From positions 21,204,001 to 21,268,000 of the forward strand of contig OX597817.1 in NCBI GenBank assembly GCA_951406725.2: a stretch of DNA of 64,000 nucleotides, read 5' to 3'. Shown piece by piece: positions 54,206 through 64,000 of this stretch. This stretch comes from Octopus vulgaris. Taxonomy: Eukaryota. The first letter of the stretch is position 1. Each line of letters starts with the position of its first letter. Position numbers and translations under genes: made by a program. The notes beneath the pieces were generated by a model, which searched no databases, was not told where the DNA came from, and saw only the letters and a list, made by a program, of their open reading frames with translations.

Positions 54206-55499
54206 CGAGGGGCGTTCAATAAGTAATGCCTCTGACCCACTTGCCGTTGATTGATCTAGCTGAGATTTTGCATGTGTAATTAGTTCTATCTCTATAGATT
54301 AAGTGGCAAATTACAGCTCCGAACTAATAGTGGTTTCTGATTTACATGTGTTTGAAATGAGTCAAGTGGGAAATAGAGCCTGTTGAGCGTCGAGAAGTGA
54401 TCGGTTTTTGTATTTGAAATGACGCACACCACAGGAGACTTTTGATGAAATGAATATAACTTATGGTGATGATGCCCCATCATATGAACTCGTAAAACGC
54501 TGGCATCGTGAATTCAAACATGGTCGGAACTCTGTGGAAACAGCTCCCAGATCTGGTCGCACCCCTTCTGCCATTGATGAGGCATCTGTCAGTCAAGTTG
54601 AGGCTGCCATTTTGGAAGATGGACGCATAACTATTCGCCAAATAGCCCATGAGGTCAAGATTAGTACCGGGTCTGTGGAAACTATCATTCATGACTATTT
54701 GCATATGCAAAAGATGTCTGCCAGAGGGATTCCCAGGTTGCTCACACTTTTCCTGAAGCAAGAACGCGTCGAGTGCTCGAGGATAAATTTAGGGATGTGC
54801 CAAGAAGATGAGTCAAAATTTTTCAAAAGACTGATTACACAGGATGAAACCTGGGTCCTTCACCATGATCCAGAGACCAAAGCCCAGTCAATGCAGTGGA
54901 AGCACCATGACTCACCTCCTCCTCCAAAGAAGGCAAGGGTGCAGCCCTCCGCTTGCAAGGTCATGCTCACAGTCTTCTGGGACCAGGACGGAGTAGTGAT
55001 GACAGATTTCCTGGCAAAGGGTACCACAATTACAGGAGCCTATCATGCTTCACTTTTGAGGAAATTAAGAGAAGCTATCAAAACCAAGAGGCGGGGCAAG
55101 ATCAGCAAAGGCATCCTCCTCCTGCAGGACAACGCTCCGGTCCACAACTCGCGTGTCGCCAGATCAGAAGCACAGGCGTGCGGCTATGGACACTTCCCCC
55201 ATCCCCCTACTCTCCTGACCTTGCACCCTCTGATTTTCACCTCTTCCCAGCCATGAAGTTGTTTTTGAAAGGAAAGCGTTTCCCAGATGATGCAGCCTTG
55301 ATTTCTGAAGTCACGTCGTGGTTGGAGGACCAAGCTGGGGTCTTCTATGAAAACGGCCTCCAGAGCTGTATCAAACGATGGGAGAAATGTGTTACTCTGG
55401 GTTGTTCCTATGCTGAAATAGACTAATACCTGTGCCAAGTTTCGTTGCTCTACTGCTATGGGAAGTGGGTCAGGGGCATTACTTATTGAACGCCCCTCG
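54206..55499 (+). mobile_element. Young mariner (DD34D, irritans-like), full length, defective transposase; copy 2
   Basis: TIRs and TA TSD. ORF 54450-55256 carries ITQDETW and LQDNAPVH; YSPDLAPSDFHLF lies in the shifted frame (ORF 54953-55426). Near-identical to 44852-46140 in the opposite orientation. Confidence 0.96.
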
Positions 55500-55501
55500 T
55501 A

Positions 55502-56560
55502 AATGGCTATAAATGTAAGACATTGGCTAAATTGATGCGAGTAAGTTTTTCGTTAATTTCCTCTACTCTTCCGAATCAGTCTGGTAAAATTGCTGTGCAT
55601 CTCTTCGAAAGCTAAAAGCGCTTCTCTTCCAAAGGTAACGGAGCAGAAATATGCATCATCAGTCATTGAGTACTGAATCGGCTTATATACCCATTCTAAA
55701 CTTATTCTCTCTCCACATGCTCCCTCAAAACTATAGTCATGTTCAAGAGATTAAGATGAATCTAATCCCATTACTAGCTTACTAGCCAGCGAAGCAATTG
55801 TCAATCTTGCAAAACAGGAATGTCAGTCAACGTAACAAAAACCAAACCTAACTATCATTGTTTAGGTTTGTTTTTTGTCGTTCTCTGTGTGTGTTGGCAT
55901 ATATCCCAGAGTATAGTCGCTTTGTCATTTTCAGTGGGGTATGCCAAGGTATTTCACACGTTGCAAATCGAACGAAAGCATCATACCCTAGAGAACTTAT
56001 ACGCAGATAAAGACAATATATGTAGCGTTAAGTGAAACATACCTGACCACTGACATATTGGATACAGAAGTACATATGTCATAGTGTTTACTATAATAGA
56101 TCTCTGCACAGAATTCAGAAATAAGGAGGAGTAGCGCTTTACGTCTGTAAAGATCTGACGGTAAATGTCCTATTTTCCCCACTCTAATACTGCGATACAC
56201 TAGTAATACATGATCAACCTCTGTTTGTTCATAGACATTACCCTCCGTCCTTTTGATGTGGCTAACCTCGAAGTTTACTTCAGAAATGCTTTCTCATTCA
56301 TAAGTCAAACACAGAGTCCAAAGCATAGTCCGATGTACTTTTAAAAAAGGAGTATAGTTTTTCCATTTTCAGCTTGCCTGGGATCTATATCCCACACGGA
56401 GATTAAAAAAGAAACTGAGCAGAATTGATTCGAAAGCTTATCTCGATGTTATCATGCAACAAATTATTACTTGTCCAACTACGGTCAAAAAATATACCCT
56501 AATCTTCACGACCAATGCGAACTTCATTCCCAATGTCCAGAACATTTCAAAATCTATTTT
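55502..56560 (-). pseudogene. Degraded endogenous viral element: Bunyaviricetes-like L polymerase core, EVE-2
   Basis: Minus strand, in order: KFALVVK/IRVYFLTVVG (premotif A-like, ~56525-56470); TSDYA.W (motif A-like, ~56335); GKIGHLPSDLY (~56180-56148); LQD/TIASLAS (motif B-like, ~55815-55780); QYSMTDDAYF (motif C-like, ~55676-55646); GN*RKTY (motif D-like, 55561-55541); CLTFIA. Interrupted by a LINE sliver and bounded by the mariner. Confidence 0.6.
55860..55945 (-). mobile_element. Short Dong/R4 LINE sliver inside EVE-2
   Basis: gaaaatgacaaagcgactatactctgggata...cacacagagaa resembles the ENEKATILWDMPIHTDRE coding stretch at ~63200-63250. Confidence 0.65.
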
Positions 56561-56984
56561 CAACCATAACATTGTACGATTATTAGTTTATAGTTGAAAG
56601 AGAGCAATACACACAAATATCATTAAACACGATGCATCTCTTTCGAACTTGAATTTCAGAAACATCAAATAGAAGGAAATCGAAACAGCAATCTTCAAAA
56701 TAATTTCGTCTCAGTATATTGGTAACCTCAATGTTAAACGAAGAAATGAAGTTCGTGTACGAAGAGTTAATGCGGATATCAACAGGTGGCAGTGCAGAGA
56801 TGGAAAAACATGATATAGAAGCTTCAAGTCTTCTTAAGGCAACAGGAAATCCCATGCAAGTTTAATGTTTTGCAAAAAGCAGTGTTATTGGGCACAGCAC
56901 ACATCTTAATGAAAGTGTTATCTGTCTGAGTTCCTTGTTGTTTTTAAAAACTCCGGTGCATATTTACCTACACTGTATTACGAA

Positions 56985-57002
56985 GGAATAATAATAATAA
57001 TG

Positions 57003-57082
<80 letters not shown>

Positions 57083-57375
57083 AATGATGATAATAATAAT
57101 TAAAAAAAAATAATAATGATAATAATAATGATAATGATAATATATTTCTTTACCGCCCACAAGGGGCTAAACACAGAGGGGACAAACAAGGAGAGACAAA
57201 CGGATTAAATCGATCACATCGACCCCAGTGCATAACTGGTACTTAATTTATTGACCCCGAAACGATGAAAGGCAAAGTTGACCTCGGCGGAATTTGAACC
57301 CAGAACGTAACGGCAGACGAAATACGGCTACGCATTTCGTCCGGTGTGCTAACGTTTCTGCCAGCTCGCCGCCTT

Positions 57376-57444
<69 letters not shown>

Positions 57445-57820
57445 TCTAGTAAAGGCACAAGGCCTGAAATTTGGTGGGAGGGACCAGTCGATTACATCGA
57501 CCTCAGTGTTTCAGTGGTACTTAATTCATCGAGCCCGAAAGGATGAAATGCAAAGTCGTCCATGACAGAATTTGAACTCGGAACAGTGCAACGGGTGAAA
57601 CGCCACTAAGCATTTTATCCAGTGTCCTACAATAGGCGGAAGGCTTGAAAAGTGGAAGAATGTGGCTAGTCGATTACTTCCACCCCAGTGCATATCAAGA
57701 AGAAATTCCTCAACCCCGAAAGGATAAAAGCAAAGTCAACCATGGCGTCAACTCAGAATGTAAAGACGGACTAAATGCCGCTAAGCGTTTTGTTTGGCGT
57801 GGTCATGATTCAGCCAGCTC
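56985..57820 (-). mobile_element. (AAT)n tracts containing three SINE family B copies
   Basis: Young copy 57145-57375 flanked by (AAT)n on both sides; older copies at ~57441-57630 and ~57630-57820. Confidence 0.85.
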
Positions 57821-58008
57821 TCTTCATGATCGATCTCATCAATATCAATACTGACAATGACACTGCTCTGAACATCAATGATAGCACTCTCGGTTGCCAA
57901 ACGTAACTAGCAATAGACTAGTAAATCTTTAAGAATAGTATGATAATCATAACTTCTATCATACCCTATCTTCATCATCGACATCATCATCATCACCACA
58001 ACCACCAC

Positions 58009-58059
<51 letters not shown>

Positions 58060-58880
58060 TATCATCATCAGCAGCAGTAGCAGCAGCGGCATTAAAAGCA
58101 GACACAGCGTTAAAAGTAGCAGTTGCTTTACTAGTGCTAAAATCTGGAGTGTCAATAGAACTATTTTCATCATCGGTGTTAAGCATTATCATCGTAATCA
58201 ATATGATATGTTGATATCATTCATGTATATCTGATCCTGCAGCTGTCAATAAAATAATGTATGTAAAGTAATGGGTTTTAGTTAACGGACCGTAGACCAT
58301 CTCAACAAGTGCATAAAGTGATTCCAGTGTTTGAAATCTTGAGAAATTAGTACTGATTAGTAGCGAAAGGCCGGCTTATCATCTTAGTTTATTAAGCTGT
58401 GTCTGTTTATTCTCTGAATTCATTTCTTTGGTTATTTGTTCTTCTACTCAAAATAAAATTCTAACTTATGAAAACGACTAATTTCACTATCAACATGTGT
58501 AAGAATGCATTAATACCAGAGCTGACCATCACTAATTCAGCTCAATTCAGCTGGCTTTGTTCCCATTACCTGAGGTCAGACTGCTTTTGTATAACACCGA
58601 CATCTATTCAAAGGAAAAATTAAATTACTATACATAAAAGCAATTTGAAATAGCATACTCACTATGTCAGGGGTGAGCATGTGATTTATTTTTCTGTTGT
58701 TCATCTCTCTTAATGTACTAATTCTGAAACATGTGTTACAGAATTTAGAGGTCTCTTGTTCAAACTAGAATACAAAAGTGTAATAATGACTTACATAAAA
58801 GATGTCATTGTTATGTTATTATACAGAATTCGTAGTACTGTTCTAAAGGAGCACGAGACGATACCTTGGGTTAAAATCAA

Positions 58881-59444
58881 ACCGACCAAGGTAGTAGACT
58901 TGCATTTCATCACGTAAAAAGGCAAGTTTTTGCTAGCTAACGGTTGTCTGGTATTAGATGGCCGATGCGCTTAAGTTTGCGATTTTGTCTAGTTGTAAAC
59001 CCTAGATGAATGGTAAATGTAACTAAGTTATGTGCCTGGTGGACATTTTTTATACAGGAATAGAGGAGAAATGATTACGACCGCCTGCATCAACTCCACC
59101 TTTTATTATAGGCCAATGTCGTAATCAAGGGTGTATCGGCTTTAGGTTACCACTGCTGGACCACCGACCTAGGTAGTAAGCTTGCACTTCATCTCGTAAA
59201 AAAGCAAGATTTTGCTAGCTAACGGTTGTCTGGTACGAGATTGACGATGCGCTTAAGTTTGCAATTTGGTTTAGTAGGAAGCCCTAGATGAATGGTAAAT
59301 GTAACTAAGTTATGAACCTGGTGGACATTCTTATAGGGGAGTAGAGGAGAAAATATTACAATCGCCTGCATCAACTCCACCATTTATTATAGGTCAATTT
59401 CGTAATCAAAGGTGTATCGGCTTTAGGTAGCTGCTGCTGGACCC
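58881..59444. repeat. Tandem duplication of a ~282-bp non-microsatellite unit (2 diverged copies)
   Basis: accgaccaaggtagtag...ctgctggaccc (58881-59162) is repeated as accgacctaggtagtaa...ctgctggaccc (59163-59444). Confidence 0.92.
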
Positions 59445-60134
59445 AATATGTGGCTGATGATGTATGGGCATTTATTGAGGATTTGAAATCTCGACAGATT
59501 CTTGATCTGTATATAGGTGTGATTTCTTTTTATTTTCTCATATATGTCTACTTTTAAGTGCCTATGTTTTAGGTGAAACTGTATTCCTGAGTTAACCAGA
59601 GCTCATGACTTAACGCCTGTTCTACGGAAACTTTACCAGGCGCTTGCAGACAGCTTGAAGTCTTGTCAAATTTAACAGTGATTACCTTTGAGCTTTCTGT
59701 TGAATGGAGCAGAATATTAACGATATTCGCAGATAAAATCTGAGCATCAGAAAGCATCACTCGTTTGGTCTATTTTTGAAGGACTATCACCCTGGGGTTT
59801 ATCCACAATTTCCAGAAACTTATTTATGCATACATACATACTGACACAAATACACACACACCCATACACACAGTTTTATGGATTAACTGACAGACAAGCA
59901 AACAGATATAGATGGATAAATTGATAGTAGTAGGATATTGATGGAGAAAATTAAAGTGGTTTAGAACACTATTTCGCTATATTAAAGATATTAATAACTT
60001 CAACTTAGTAGCAAAATTAATGTTGTTGAAAGTGTTACAGGCGAACACACGAACACCTTGACAATCAGAAAGTCATATATTAGTTAATTAATTTAATTAG
60101 TTAACTAGTTACTTAGTTAGTTAGTGAGGTAGGT

Positions 60135-60196
<62 letters not shown>

Positions 60197-60688
60197 ATAG
60201 TAGTAGTAGAAGAAACAGTAGCAGCAGCAGCCGTTCAAGAATTTGGACTTGGAGATCTCTATTTCCAGCGATTTCGAGGGCCACCTCCCAGTGGTGTCGG
60301 GGGCCAACGAAGAGCCCTCGACTACAAGACGACCAAAGTATTTTTTTTCCAAGGTCTGTGGTCTCCCGACCCTAAGCCCTAGACCATCACCTAATCACCT
60401 TTACCCGTATTGTTGCTTAACGACAACAACAACAACAACAACAATAACAACAACACCAGCAGCAGCAGCAGCAACTACGGCGGTGATTGTTGGTGGAAGT
60501 GGTGTTTCCTAAGAAAATACGACGTGCTCACTAATGTAATGTCCTGGATGACAGCTCTCCTGGATCCGGAGTCAAGTAGGCCTAAAGAACTGTGAAAACT
60601 ACGAGAGTGGAAAGAGGAGTTTATATAAATGATGGCGAGGAACAGCAACAATCATCACGAAAACAACAACAACAACAACAACAGCAGC

Positions 60689-60739
<51 letters not shown>

Positions 60740-60884
60740 ATGAGTTTCTTTGCCCTAGGAGTCGGGAAGACACTCGGCAAGAAATGGAAGCAAATTTGGA
60801 AGAAGAAAAAAAAGTAATAATAATAATATTAATAATCGTAATAATCATAATAATAATCATTATTATTACTATTATTATTATTTC

Positions 60885-61127
60885 TTCTTCAGGCACAATG
60901 CTTTGAAAAGTCTGGTGGGTAAGGTGACTAGTCAATAACAAACGACCACAGTGCATAAAGGCTACTTATTTCATCGACACCAAAAGGATGAAAGACAAAG
61001 TCGACCTCAGCGGAATTTGAACTCAGAAAGTAGCGACAGACAAAATACCGCAAATATCTCACCCGGCGTGCTAACGATTCCAACAGCTTGTCGTCTTAAT
61101 CATAATAATAGCAACAACAACAAACAC

Positions 61128-61209
<82 letters not shown>

Positions 61210-61490
61210 CGCAAACAAAAGAAGTCGTTGCTATTATAATTATTACAACGATCATCATTATTATTATGTTTGTGTAAAATTTTGGCACATTTTGCAGTTT
61301 CAAACTAGGTGGATAGTGGATACAAATGACCCCTGGACTCGTCAGGCACTTCATGTTATCGAGTCCTGGAAGAATGAAGGACAATACTGAGATGAGTGGA
61401 GTTTGAAGAACATAATGAGTCGGAAAAAATGCCGGCAGGCATTTTACCCTTCGCTCTGTGATTGTGTCAGCTGACCAGCTTAATAATAAC

Positions 61491-61575
<85 letters not shown>

Positions 61576-61963
61576 CCTTTATAGTAAAGGCACAAAGCCT
61601 GAAATTTTGGTGGAGGGACCAGTCGATTAGATCGACCCCAGTACGCAACTGGTACTTAATTTATCCACCCCGAAAGGATGAAAAGAAAAGTCGGCCCTAC
61701 CGGCATTTGAACTCAGAACTTGAAGACAAACGAAATATCTATTTCTTTACTACCCACAAGGGGCTAAACACAGAGGGGACAAACAAGGACAGACAAACGG
61801 ATTAAGTCGATTATATCGAGCCCAGTGCATAACTGGTACTTATTTAATCGACCCCGAAAGGATGAAAGGCAAAATCGACCTCAGCGGAATTTGACGTCAG
61901 AACGTCGGCGGACGAAATACAACAAATCATTTCGACCGGCGTGCTAACTATTCTGCCAGCTCA
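60885..61963 (-). mobile_element. Cluster of 4 SINE family B copies within (AAT)n tracts
   Basis: Modules at ~60885-61097, 61270-61480, 61573-61740 and 61740-61963, mostly separated by (AAT)n. Confidence 0.85.
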
Positions 61964-62014
61964 ATAATAATAATAATAATAATGATGATGATAATAATAA
62001 TAATAATAATAATG

Positions 62015-62054
<40 letters not shown>

Positions 62055-62058
<4 letters not shown>

Positions 62059-63680
62059 CAGCTGGAAACACTATTAAAGACAGTTCATGGATTTACCAAA
62101 GAAATAGATATGAAATTTGGATTAGAAAAATGCGCCAAAGTAACCATGAAAAGAGGAAAACTAGTTAAGAGTAACAACATCATACTAGATAAAACCAATG
62201 AAATAAAAGAATTAGACCAAAGCCAAACTTACAAATACTTAGGAATCCATGAATTAGATAAGACACAACACACACAAATGAAAGAGAAAATAAAAAAAGA
62301 ATATTATAGACGAGTTAGATCAATACTAAACACAGAGCTCAATGCTAAAAACAAGATAATAGGTATCAACACTTTAGCTGTCCCAGTTATAAGTTACAGC
62401 TACAATATCCTTAACTGGACACGAAATGAACTGACCAAAATAGATAGGAAAACAAGAAAAATAATGACAGGATCTAGGATGCATCACCCAAAATCTGACA
62501 TAGAAAGACTATATATACAACGTATAGAAGGTGGTAGAGGCCTTATACAGCTGGAAAACTACTATAAAATAACCACCATAGGACTGCAAAAATATCTACT
62601 TCAGAAGGAAGGAAAACTGATCCAGATAGCGGCAAAACACGAGCAAAACAAAAAACTGTTCTCAGTATTTAAGGAAGCTGACAAATACAAACAAGAAATC
62701 ATACCACCTAATAAACATGAAGAAGAAGAAGAAGAAGATGAAGAAACAACAAAAGCTATAAAACAAATGAAATCCAAACTAAAAACAGAACAGCAACGAA
62801 CCATGATAAAACGATGGCAAGAAAAGCCCCTTCATGGTAAATACTGCACTAAACTAAACGCAAAAGAAATAGACAAAGAAAAATCCCAGCAATGGTTGAG
62901 AAGCTCAGGACTCAAAGCAGAAACAGAGGGATTTTTAATTGCAGCCAAGACCAAAGCCTCCCCACCAGAAATTACCAAAAACATGTAATGAAAAGAAATA
63001 TTACAAGTAACTGCAGAATATGTGGAGATAGACAAGAAACAATAAATCATATTATCTCTAGCTGCCCAGTCCTGGCTAAGAAGGAATATATTCACAGACA
63101 TGACAGAGTTGGAACCTACATACATTGGAAGCTATGCCAACATTATGGAATAACAAGAGAAAAAAGATGGTATAGGCACACACCAGAAAAGGTCACAGAA
63201 AACGAGAAAGCAACCATACTCTGGGATATGCCGATACACACAGATAGAGAAATTAAGGCCAACAGACCAGATATAGTTGTCAGAGATCATGAAGAAAAAA
63301 ATGCTTTTTAATTGATGTATCAATACCGGCAGATGACAACGTGTCTCTAAAAGAAATGGAGAAACTCTCAAAATACAAAGACCTGGAAATAGAGGTAACT
63401 AGAATGTGGAATCTGAAAACAGAAACAATTCCTATCATAGTAGGTGCATTAGGCATGATAAAAAAATATTCAGACAAATACATAACAAAAACACCAGGAC
63501 TTACAAACACATATAACATACAGAAAATTGCACTACTAGGCACTGCCCACATCCTACGCAGAACACTTTCCATACAATAACCATCAGAGCATCACAACAA
63601 ATCACAGCACATACCCAAGGCACACAGAGCTGCGCTCGGTAGTGAAGTGAAAGCTCGCTATAAAAATAAAAATAAAACTA

Positions 63681-63684
<4 letters not shown>
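62055..63684 (+). mobile_element. Young 5'-truncated Dong/R4-clade LINE (RT thumb, CCHC finger, restriction-like endonuclease) in (TAA)n
   Basis: MKFGLEKCA..YKYLG; CRICGDRQETINHIISSC; RHD; RPDIVVRD..IDV; EKLSKYKDL. Only two frameshifts (~62945, ~63300). (AAT)n on both flanks. Confidence 0.95.
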
Positions 63685-63760
<76 letters not shown>

Positions 63761-63762
<2 letters not shown>

Positions 63763-64000
63763 GCCCTGATGCAGTACCAGGCAGTGGCTCTCATGGCTTC
63801 TGATCTTAACTGATTGGAAGTGTTATCATGTACATTGTTTTGTCTTGGTATAAAAGATGGGCTACAGCAAATATTCTGCTCAATACCACAGATTTGCTTG
63901 TCAGTTGTTTGACCTTAACCAGTTGAGCATGTCCCTTAGTGGCTGATATATGTGCATCTCTGATCACGAGCAGAAGTAGTGGGGGAGCATCATAGCCATG
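63761..64000 (+). repeat. Interspersed repeat starting directly after (TAA)n; possibly the end of another LINE-related element
   Basis: Homologous to the reverse complement of 32890-33090; runs off the window end. Confidence 0.7.

Noticed and set aside
54450-55426. Functional or domesticated (SETMAR-like) transposase gene
   Set aside because: Start codon lost, early stop, frameshift before the third catalytic Asp, no SET domain; TIRs and TSD show an ordinary element.
58390-58480. SEFISL resembling L-protein motif E
   Set aside because: No SDD-like motif found upstream at the expected distance.
63761-63860. Possible HDV-like ribozyme at the start of the terminal repeat
   Set aside because: I could not build the nested double pseudoknot by eye.

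Overview
AT-rich, microsatellite-saturated eukaryotic DNA. The repeat families (tRNA/CORE-type SINEs, Dong/R4-type LINEs in (TAA)n tracts, mariners, Penelope-like elements) look like an octopus/cephalopod genome; this is an inference from recalled repeat families. I recognise no intact host gene, rRNA, tRNA or CRISPR array, and most listed ORFs are microsatellite artefacts. About half the window is transposon debris: at least 4 SINE families, 5-6 Dong/R4 LINE pieces (one young), an L1/Tx1 endonuclease remnant, Penelope-like remnants with hammerhead ribozymes, 5 Tc1/mariner copies (two near-identical and inverted), MITEs and a Helitron-like element. The main signal is in the apparently unique spacers. 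Hand translation across stops and frameshifts gives two separate, heavily decayed minus-strand remnants (~2.8-7.15 kb and ~55.5-56.6 kb) with motifs in the order and roughly the spacing of a negative-strand RNA virus (Bunyaviricetes-like) L polymerase, plus several weaker L-like fragments elsewhere. The window may therefore be a cluster of non-retroviral endogenous viral elements (EVEs), possibly a piRNA-cluster-like antiviral locus. These calls are by-eye motif matches and need a frameshift-aware profile search.
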